Assembly: GCA_963664395.2 (NCBI GenBank) | Contig: CAXXIS010000006.1 | Coordinates: 1 to 22,312, forward strand | Length of the DNA stretch: 22,312 bases | Origin: Candidatus Binatia bacterium | Lineage (GTDB): Bacteria; Desulfobacterota; Binatia; Bin18 | Direction: 5' to 3' | Shown: piece by piece, positions 1-8,900 of the stretch | How the letters are laid out: every line of letters starts with the position of its first letter | How positions within the stretch are numbered: position 1 is the first letter of the stretch | Notes under the pieces: model-generated | What the model saw: only the letters and a program-made list of their open reading frames with translations | Database searches by the model: none | What the model was told of the DNA's origin: nothing | Translations under genes and position numbers: made by a program

Positions 1-1
1 G

Positions 2-730
2 AACATTATGATGTGAGTTGATCCAGACGAAAGTGAAGGTCCCTTTTGGTCTTACATTGCGAGCAGCCTTAAGAATTGAGTCTCGATCCGAGTTCGCCAG
101 TTTGGCAGAGTAATGAAATATAATCTGAGGAGTAGGCGAGAGCTGGTTTTGAATTTTTGTCAGCGTTTCTTCAGCTAGCCGAGCAAGGTGGAGAGTGCGC
201 TCCTCGAAGTTGAAATATGATGTGTTACCGGAGTAGAACTCCCACTTGCCATAGCTATTGAAAACATTTGCGAATCCCATAATTCGCTGACCACCCCTCG
301 ATTGTGTATGCGAAAGCCCAATGAAGAAGTCGGCGTCTGGAATCGCGTCGGGCAGAACCCAGGGCCTAACTCCACATTTGGCGGTGATATTCAATGCCAA
401 GTTCAAATCTTTCCAGTCAGCATTTTGTAACGTTGGTGTATCGACCATTTGGCATGGTACGCCCTTTTCCAGAAGCGATCTCTTGATGACGTAGTAGGGT
501 GAGTTGTGATCGTCCTTCAAGTAGCCCTGCTCCGGCGTGTGAACGAGGAAGATTCGTTTCAGGCTGCTGTCACCTCGCCAATCCGAGTGCTCCACCAATA
601 ACCGTTCAACCTCGTTTCGAGTATTTTCGATGCGCTCCACGGTCACAACCGTTGAGTATGAGAATTTTGTAGCAAATGTCCGCTCGGCGCCGCGGTATTT
701 ATATTTTCCGACTTTTAGACGATTGATTAG
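2..730 (-). CDS. Segment 3 of the fusion: Argonaute MID and N-terminal part of an inactivated PIWI domain (truncated by the window edge)
   Basis: Manually translated, 243 codons with no stop: LINRLKVGKYKYRGAERTF...SPYYVIKRSLLEKGVPCQMVDTPTLQNADWKDLNLALNITAKCGVRPWVLPDAIPDADFFIGLSHT...RIMGFANVFNSYGKWEFY...IIFHYSAKLANSDRDSILKA...TFVWINSHHNV. It is absent from the ORF track because its stop lies outside the window. Confidence 0.9.
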
Positions 731-1260
731 TTTCCTCCATTTTGTGACGCATAGGATTGAGACAGACGGGAATAATCTCGATATTATGCGAATCGGTGTC
801 GTAGGTCCCGTACTGCGTAATGCCGTCCCGAACATCCGGCAAAGTATGATGCTCCCGGAATTCTACAGTTGGCTCCGCCAGTCGGCGGACAGGAAAACTT
901 TTTTCAGTAGGTTTTGCTTGCTCAACGAGTTGCAGCGGCCCTGTAATGACTCTGACCTCCAAATCACCGAGCTGAATCGGAAACACGTTATCAGCGACAT
1001 ACTGAACCATCCTTGCGATCTTATCAGTTCTCTCTCTGGCCGCACCCGACTTTGACGCTAAACTGTGTTTCTTGATGGCAGCAGAGAGATCGAATGCTAC
1101 GCCGGCGTGTTGAAGCGACTTTTCAATCACAGCTACTGAGCAACTGGGTATGACCGCATCTACTGGGACCGGCTCTTCTGCCTCAGTGTCAAAAAAATGG
1201 ACTCTGGCAAATTCCGTATCGAATTCTACAATTCGTCCTTCGCGCCATTGTCCCTTTTTT
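731..1260 (-). CDS. Segment 2 of the fusion: compact PAZ-position beta domain and L2 linker of Argonaute
   Basis: This is the protein-like part of ORF 699..1400 (KGQWREGRIVEF...LAEPTVEFREH...GITQYGTY). EPxxxF followed by G..YG resembles the pAgo L2 region, and the segment lies between segments 1 and 3. Confidence 0.7.
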
Positions 1261-2997
1261 TGCAACACAGCGACGATTGATAAACTCTTCTTTCGGAACT
1301 TGCTGGCCAATGGCAGCAAGTTTCTGCACGTTGAGAACTTCGCACTTGTAGTCGAGACAGAGGTAGAAGCTCTCAAAATACTGTCGAATCTGAAACTCAT
1401 AGGCCGGGTAGAAACGCAATATGGACTTCACATTCGCAGGGACGGCGAGTTCGACACCCCGTCTATGCGCTACTATTCGGCTGAATCTAAATCGGTCGAT
1501 AAACCAGCCTTTTCCAGCCAACACGTCGCGGAGTGTTTTTACGAACTCTCCATAACGGACGTTGAACGTATTACAACTAACCGGTTTATCTCCTTGTCTG
1601 ATCCTCAAAAGAAAGAGATTGCCAAATTCCGTGGACTTAACTTGGCTTGCGGCGAGCATTGCGGCTTCACGTTTTTCGGCGTTATTTTCGAGCTTAATCA
1701 GTGTTTCGTTTTCTGCTAGCCGATACCGTGGCGCGGGTAGACCGAGATTCCTCATCTCGTTCAACATCTGTTTTGTGCCCTCGCTAATGGCTTGGACATA
1801 AGCAACGCCGTCAGGGTCTTTCATCAGCTTGAGCCATTCGATCAATTTTGCGTTTCTAGGCATCGAGTTCAGTACCGTATCGGAGAGTGAAAACTCGTTT
1901 GGCAGATCGTTGTTTCGTTGCAGCATCCGACCGGGGTTCTTCACAAGGAAGGCATCGGAGTACGACTCACATTCAATCGGGATACCAGTTCGGTAATCAC
2001 GGTGAGTGACCGCATTGACGATAGCCTCATCAATCACTGTTGGTGGAAACTCCTGTTCCTCCACAAAGCCCCCTCCGGACTTTCGCTTCTGGTATCGTTT
2101 GAAGAACGCCGATTCCCGGAAGAAGGACCGAGCTTCGCGAATCTGCTTCGTCAATGGGCCTGTGAACGCCTTATCAAGAGTCGGTAAATCCCGTATTTGG
2201 AATTGGTCGGAAGAAACTGCGAAGCGAAGTAGGCGAATATGGGATTGAGGAAGGACGCGTTGTGGATTTGATGCAAAGAACAACAGGCCAGCGTGTGTAA
2301 ACCCATACTCTCCATTGCGTTGAACGATAGCTCCCGCTTCATAAAGCACACGCTCGTCCGTGAACTCGTTAGTGGAATCAGGATGGAACACTTTCCGAAA
2401 TTCCACCAGAACATCTTTAGCAACATCACCAGCCTCGAACGGGCAACAGAAATCATTCTCAAAATTTAATAGACTTTTATCGTTCCTGATTCGATCACGT
2501 ACTTCCTGCGTCATTGGGACATTTTGGGGACCATTTCGGGTCCAGGCTTTAGGCATCCGTTCTGGCGTTTCGCAGATGCCTTTATCTGCGTGAGGAACGA
2601 ATATTAGACAGATAGTCTTAGAGTTGTCCTGAGTATCCACACATTCATATAGTTTGGGTTCCGCTGCCTGATGATGAAGGAGTGTCGCAAAATCTGTCAG
2701 GCTGTTCCTTTGCTGTTCTGATAGGTGGTCAATGCCGTTCACGGTTCCATTGGAGGCGATCCCGAGAACGAGCAGCCCGCCCTTGCGGTTTGTGTTGGCA
2801 AATGCAGAAATCGTCTCTTTGATCTGACCCCGTATGCCTCCTAGTTGCTTCTCCAGCCTTTTTGCGTCAACGCCCGCCCGGCCAGCCTCTTTACGGTCGA
2901 AATACTGACCCTCGAAATCGTCATCAGAGCTTTGGGTGAGAAAGGCCCAATGCTCTGTCGGGTCGTCAAAGACTTGTTTCGGCGATGGTATTGTCAT
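1189..2997 (-). CDS. Segment 1 of the fusion: Schlafen/AlbA_2 domain, HATPase_c_4 (RecG C-terminal-like) domain and Argonaute N/L1 region; the true frame leaves at ~1260
   Basis: ORF track 602 aa. EGQYFDRK at 2913-2890, SAFAN at 2808-2794, EAIVNAVTHRDY at 2028-1993. Ago-like TEFGNLFLLRI starts at ~1632, followed by L1-like YPAYEFQIRQYFESFYLCLDY. The start overlaps the mod stop (ATGA, 2994-2997). Confidence 0.85.
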   Translation of the reverse strand: MTIPSPKQVFDDPTEHWAFLTQSSDDDFEGQYFDRKEAGRAGVDAKRLEKQLGGIRGQIKETISAFANTNRKGGLLVLGIASNGTVNGIDHLSEQQRNSLTDFATLLHHQAAEPKLYECVDTQDNSKTICLIFVPHADKGICETPERMPKAWTRNGPQNVPMTQEVRDRIRNDKSLLNFENDFCCPFEAGDVAKDVLVEFRKVFHPDSTNEFTDERVLYEAGAIVQRNGEYGFTHAGLLFFASNPQRVLPQSHIRLLRFAVSSDQFQIRDLPTLDKAFTGPLTKQIREARSFFRESAFFKRYQKRKSGGGFVEEQEFPPTVIDEAIVNAVTHRDYRTGIPIECESYSDAFLVKNPGRMLQRNNDLPNEFSLSDTVLNSMPRNAKLIEWLKLMKDPDGVAYVQAISEGTKQMLNEMRNLGLPAPRYRLAENETLIKLENNAEKREAAMLAASQVKSTEFGNLFLLRIRQGDKPVSCNTFNVRYGEFVKTLRDVLAGKGWFIDRFRFSRIVAHRRGVELAVPANVKSILRFYPAYEFQIRQYFESFYLCLDYKCEVLNVQKLAAIGQQVPKEEFINRRCVAKKGTMARRTNCRIRYGICQSPFF

Positions 2998-5767
2998 ACC
3001 CGAAACACCTTCATTACCTCGTCGCCCAGATGATTGATGACCTTGACGGCGATCCGCCCGGACGTGGGTTTGTCGAACGGGCGGGAGGTGTCGTTGTTGA
3101 GGGTCGCCCAGGCGTCTGCGTTGATTTCGGCTTTGAGGGTGGTCTTGAGAGCTTTATAGGGGTCGTTGGCTCCGAGGAAATAGGCGTGGCGAACGAAGAA
3201 GCTCTCTTCGTTGTAGTCGGTGTCGATAAACCAGCAGGCGATGCCGTCGGCGTTGTCGCTACGGATTTCACCGGTGTTCGGATGGAATACGTCCACGCCG
3301 TTGATCTTGACCCGGACCTGTCCGTTCTCAGCGTCCAGGATGTCGATGTCCGGCTCGCCGAAGATGACGAACAAATTGCCCTGGCCGGTGTTCTTCAGAT
3401 CGTCGGCCATGTGCAGGTCGGCGTTCATGCGGGCCTTGAGCACGGGAATGCGGCCGAGCTTGTCAAACTCGGATGAGCGCGCGTCGTAGTTGAAGGCGCA
3501 GGTAATCAGCGCGTCGAAATCCGCGTCACCCGCCTCACGGGCCGCTTGGACCAAGTCCGGACGAGAGACCGTACCAAACTCCGGGCCGATAAAAATTGCC
3601 GCGCGCTTTTCCGTGCCGGCTTCCTGGTCGCCTTCGAGGTAGCGGCCTTCGGCGCAGATCAAATCGCCCGGCCAAGGGGTGATTGCGGTGAAGCTGATTT
3701 TGTCTTCCTTATGCGCCTGCTGCACACCGGCGGTCTTGAGGTTTTCCAGAATCATCCGGGCGAAGTCATGCTCTTCGCCGTACCCGGCTTCCGGCTCGGC
3801 AACGCCGTCGATCAGTTCGTCGTCTTCGTCCACGCTCAACACCCGGTGCGGAGACAGACTTTCGACCGTAAACGGCCCGGCAACCCGGACCTTTTTCTTA
3901 TCCTCATAGGGTTTGTCGTACAGGTATTCGTAGTCGGCTTTGGCTGCGATAGACGCATCAATTTCTTTTTGCCGTGCAATCCGCTGCTCCCACCACTCGG
4001 CATGGAGCCTCTTCGCCTCCTCCGACCAGCCAGCGTCAGCCTCACGAGGAATTTCCCACTCCTCCCACGGCGTGCTTCTCTTGTCTCTAACGTACAATTC
4101 AGTTGCTCGCGCAGCGGTTCCAGCGTTTCCTGAAACTTCTCCCAGATCACGTCGATCTCGGCATTATTGGCGATGGATTTGAGCGTAATATGCGGGACAC
4201 GCTCGTAGACGAAACCCTGACGGATATTCCCATGCACGGTCGTTTCGGAAGGAGCAGTCCGAGTGACTTCAGCTTCTTTACGTTGCCCCTCACGGCTGTC
4301 GGCCAGCAGATGATACGGATAGCGCGCACCCATAATGCGGGCACGAGCCAGCGCCAGAGCAACGCGAGATGTGTCGATGGTGATCCAGCGGCGGCCCCAT
4401 TGTTCGGCGGCGTACGTGGTGGTGCCGGAGCCGCAGGTCGGGTCGAGGACGAGGTCGCCGGGGTCGGTGGCCATGAGGATGCAACGTTGAGTAACTTTTA
4501 GTGATGTCTGGACAACGTAGATTTTTGGATCTGTATATCCAGACACAATCGTGTCATCCCAGCTATTGCTGAACGTCGTGACAGAGAAATCGTCGGCATA
4601 CCGCTTGTACCGGATGCGCCTACCCACCCCTATTAGCCGGCCAGCGAGTTTCAGGCGTGGCATCCCTTCTCGCGAAGTCTTCCAATGTGTATTTGGCGGT
4701 AATTCAAAAATCTTACCTTCAAGTTCTATCGGGTAAGTCCCTGACTCGCTGGCTCCCTGTGAGCTAATAGTGTCCGGCATATATCGATGATCGCCAAGGA
4801 CGTACGCTTTCCGAATGGAGTCCTGTTCAGTGTATTGCGTGTCTAACAACTGAGCCGCCTTCGGCAAGAATGCCCTACGATACTTCATAAGTGGGCGCTT
4901 CTTGGCATACCAAAGAAGCATGTCATAGATATTCTCCAAGTACGCTGCGCCTGAGCCAGAAGTCTTCTTAAATGAGATGCAGGAGACAAAGTTGTCCTCT
5001 CCAAACACCTCATCCATCAGCGCCCGAACCCGATGCACATTCTCATCCCCAATCTGAACAAACACAGAACCGCTCTCCGTCAACAAATCCCGCGCAACGG
5101 TCAGCCGGTCCCGCAAATACGTCAGATACGAATGAATCCCATCCCGCCACGTATCCCGAAACGCCTTGACCTGTTCGGGCTCGCGGGTGATGTGACCGGT
5201 GTTGCCGTCCTTGACATCGCGGCTGGTCGTGGACCACTGAAAATTGGAGTTGAACTTGATGCCGTAGGGCGGGTCAATGTAAATGCACTGCACCTTGCCG
5301 CGCAGCCCCTCCCGCTCCGCCAGCGACGCCATCACTTGGAGTGAGTCACCCAGAATCATGCGGTTGGTCCAGTTGGCGTCGTGCTGGTAGAAGTCGGTGG
5401 CGCGGGCCTCGTCGGGCAGACCGTTGAAGTCGGCGAACAGGTCAAACTGGGCTTCGGTGGCTTTGTCGTCGGTCTTGGTCTGACGGAGCAGGTCGTCGAT
5501 GAGGACCTTGGGATGGACTTTCTCCTGGATGTAGAGCGGTGGTGCCTGGACGACCAAGTCCGACCAGTCCTGTTCGTCCTTCCCCCGCCACACCAACTGC
5601 GGGTCCAAATCGCGGTTGCGCCGCTCATAGGCAACCTGAATCGGACTTTGTTCGTCCTTACGCATCACCGACTGAAACTCAGCCGTAGGGATGTTCTTGC
5701 GCGATGCGGCGGGGTGCGTGAGTGTTGCGACGGTCTTGGCCGTCTTCTTGCCACGGGATTGAGCCAT
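2994..5767 (-). pseudogene. Type III-like adenine DNA methyltransferase (Mod, beta class, long C-terminal extension), split by one frameshift at ~4075-4090
   Basis: The upstream frame (start MAQSRG at 5767) has motif IV CIYIDPPYG and motif I VLDPTCGSGTT. After LEPLREQLN the family-like sequence continues in the -1 frame (WEEWEIPRE...VAGPFTVESLSP...IAVKVINHLGDEVMKVFRV, ORF 2994..4097). Confidence 0.85.
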
Positions 5768-5772
5768 TGAAT

Positions 5773-5955
5773 TTAACCTTTGTCCGACGCGGGAATCTCC
5801 TGGACATCCACGGACAGACACCCTTCAACCGCTTCGTAGAGATTGCTCAGCAGTGCTTCAAAAGATTCTCCCTGAGTCGTGCAGCCGGGGATAGCGGGCA
5901 CCTCTGCCCAATAACCACCTTCCTCCGCTTCATGGACGACTACCTCCAATTTCAT
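5773..5955 (-). CDS. HicB-family antitoxin (short, N-terminal domain only), with no adjacent hicA
   Basis: MKLEVVVHEAEEGGYWAEVPAIPGCTTQGESFEALLSNLYEAVEGCL is the typical HicB-like signature, preceded by an AGAGGAG RBS. Confidence 0.85.
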   Translation of the reverse strand: MKLEVVVHEAEEGGYWAEVPAIPGCTTQGESFEALLSNLYEAVEGCLSVDVQEIPASDKG

Positions 5956-8900
5956 GATCTTCTCCTCTGTTCAGTGGGGAGTGGCTAGGGGGTCGATTGA
6001 TAAGCCTGTCGAAGCTCGCTTCGAGCGTGGCCTGAAAGTCGGCCTCGATCTGATACACCTCCGTGAACTCGGCGAAGGCCCAGCGGCCATACTGCCCATG
6101 ATAGTTCACTCCGGGAATCCAATAGGTCTCCATGGTAGACTTCTTTTCCTTGGCGTCTTCACCCCGATAGCCTTTGATCTCAACGATCAGGTGCAACGGA
6201 TCGTCGTGACTGTCATTCAGCAGAACAATGAAGTCAGGAATATAGGTACGCATGGTCGAGCCGTACCGGTAAGGCACCTCCAGTCCGAGGTTGTGGTTTT
6301 TCACGTATGCCTGCACGGCAGGATGTGACTCGGCTATACGGCAGAACTCGGCCTCCCAGTCGCTGTCGAGAATAGCCCAGTTGATATGACATCGCCGTGC
6401 ATCCGTCTCCCAGCGGTGCGCTTTTGAGGTATTGAAGTTGACGTGCATGGTCGAGCCGGTGGGGTTGTAGGGGTCCAATACCGCCTTCACGGGCCGGTTG
6501 CCGATGAAGGAGCGAGTGATACCGGCAGTAATGCGCTCGCAGGCCATATCGGCCAGTTCTTGGTACATGAGCTGGGCAGGATAGGTGCTGCCTTTGCAGA
6601 TCAAGCAGGTATCGAGCCATTGTTTGGTGATGTGTTTCAACTGGCCGAATAGGTGGAGCTTCGGATCTTCGCCAGGGTCGCGCCATTTGGTGTAGAGCAA
6701 ACGCTTGGCAACGTGGAACAACACGGTGGAGCGCCGTAGGTCGCCGGTGTGAACGAGGTTGAGGTCAACATCTTCTCCAATAATTCCCGCGTTCCGTGTG
6801 ATCGAGGGGCCAACGAGGTCCGGCGTCAACTCCAGAATAGAATCGTCGTTGAACTCGGCGCTGAGTCGCTCCTCCGGCAGTTCGACGCGATAGCCTTCGA
6901 CACGTGGAAACTGAATGGCAAGATGATCGCGGTCAGGACGCACCGCTCGGACCTGAACAGTCTCGCGGGGCGGCTGGGGTGGAGCGACGACCGGCTTGGC
7001 GGTGAAGTCGAACGGAATCCCCAGGACATCGGCGTATTCCACATTGAACAGCTCGTCTTCATTCAAAGCGTAGGATTGCCGACGCAAGGCGCGCCCAATG
7101 ACTTGCTCGCACAGCAGTTGAGTGCCAAAGGCGCGCACGCCCAGGACATGCGTGACCGTGTTGGCGTCCCAGCCTTCGGTTAGCATGGATACCGAGACAA
7201 CGCAGCGAATCGACCCGCCCAACCGACCTAGTTTACCGACCGTATTCATCACTTCCCGAAGCAAGTCTTGGTCGGAAAGATTCTCGGCCTGACCGCGGTC
7301 GCCGGTGCGTTCGATAATCTCCCGCCGGAAGCGGTCAATCTCGCCCGCGGCCATAGCCCGAAAATTGGCGTCCAGGGCATCACCGGATTCGAGCTGTTGG
7401 CTGTCGATGAGTAAAGTACGCGGACGCGCCAGTTGAGTCCCGTCCGCATTATAGTTCCGGAACAGCGGCAAGCGGCCATTCTCAAACGCCGTCGAATCGT
7501 TCCCATTGTCCCGCCGAAAGCCCGAGATGTAGTCGTAGACCAGCTTGGATGTAGAGGTGTTGTTGCACACCACGATAAAACAGGGTGGAACCTGAATGCC
7601 TTCCTGCTGCCATAGCTTGAAGGTCTTCTCGTAATGACCATACAGGGCTTCCAGGGCGGTCTGGAGTTCAACTGGCAGGCTGAGCGGGTCGAGGGTCTTG
7701 GCCTTGCCTCGGCCCTTTTTCGGCATCCGGGACCGAATATGTTCCCACAGGTTGCGGAATTTGGGCATCTCGCCGCCAGGGATATTGTCGGCCACAGGCA
7801 CGCGGGGCAGTTTGACGATGCCGCATTCGATGGCGTCCATGAGTGAAAAGTCGCTCATCGTCCAGGGGAAGAGTGTCCCCTCGGCATAGCCCGACCCGCG
7901 TAGAAAGAACGGGGTGGCCGATAAATCCATGATCCGTGCAACACCCAACTTGCGGTTTATGGCTTCCAGGCCGGAAATCCAGAGCCGCGCAGCCTCGTTG
8001 TTCTTCTCGGCTTCTTTTCGCTCGTCGCCTTTAAGAGTTCCTTCGTCGTCTTTTTCCGGTTTCTCACGGTAGCAGTGGTGGGCCTCGTCGTTCATCACCA
8101 CGATATTTTTCATGCCCATGAGGTCGGGCATGGCGCGCTGGATCATCTGTCCTTCAGTCTCCAAGGTGTCCAACTCCGCGCCTCGGCCTTGAAGCAGCGA
8201 GCGGCCACCCTTTGAAAGCGCCATACGTTCACGCAGCTTAAAGGCGTGGTAGTTGGTAATGACGATCTTGGCCCGGTCGAGGTCGCCGAGCATGTCATTC
8301 GGCACCAGCTCTCGGCTTTCGTAGTAGCTGTCCGGGTCGTTCGGTTGCAGGACGCGCAGCCGGTCGCGGATCGTCAAGCCAGGCGTGACGATCAGAAAGC
8401 CTCGGGTAAATCTTCTGCTCGTTGGGCGGCGGACTGCGTTGATGGTCTGCCAGGCAATCAGCATGGCCATAACCGTAGTCTTACCCGCGCCAGTAGCGAG
8501 TTTGAGGGCCAGGCGCAGCAAGCCTGGATTGGCGTCGTTATTGGCATTCGTGAGATGGTCCAGAAAGTCTTTGCCGGTCTTGCCCGCGCTCGGGGCGACC
8601 TCGGTCAGCCAGATAGCGGTTTCAACTGCCTCCACCTGACAGAAGAAGGGCCGGATAGTGTTGAACGTATGCTGTCGCCAGTGTTGAAGCAGACGAGCGG
8701 TTTCGGGCGTCACCTGCCAGTCGGCTCGATTTGGTCGGCTGCGCCACTGGTCCACCTGACGGCGCAGCGCGGTTATAATTGATGTGGAGTCGTACTGCTG
8801 CTCAGCGGTTGAGAGTCCTTTGCCCTCATCCAAGATGAGTTGCTGCTGGTGCGATGAGCCTTTCCGTTTTCTCGGCTTTGGAATGGGAGTAATAAACTCA

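Larger units (their letters stand above)
1..2997 (-). pseudogene. Schlafen/AlbA_2 - HATPase_c_4 - long prokaryotic Argonaute fusion (about 1000 codons in the window, runs off the left edge), interrupted by two single-base frameshifts (real or sequencing error)
   Basis: Removing one A at the A7 run (1255-1261) and one A at the A3 run (731-733) joins three frames into one stop-free frame from ATG 2997 to the window edge. Motifs in order: AlbA (EGQYFDRK, SAFAN, GGLLVLGI), HATPase_c_4 (EAIVNAVTHRDY, KNPG, PRN), Ago N/L1, MID (YYVIK..CQMV..NITAKCG..PWVL) and PIWI (FIGLS, IIFHYSAK). Confidence 0.85.

Noticed and set aside
1255-1264. A-AAA-AAA-G as a classical -1 programmed frameshift site
   Set aside because: The join needs +1 (or -2), not -1, and a second non-slippery frameshift lies downstream.
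1261-1400. N-terminal 47 aa of ORF 699..1400 as an independent gene start
   Set aside because: This is off-frame sequence overlapping segment 1; protein-like sequence begins only after the A7 run.
630-1719. Plus-strand ORFs 630..1055 and 1150..1719, and minus-strand ORF 175..375
   Set aside because: They are antisense or out-of-frame shadows of the Argonaute fusion and have no recognisable motifs.
5768-5821. ORF-track start of Mod at 5821
   Set aside because: It overlaps hicB; the ATG at 5767, just after the hicB stop, is more plausible.
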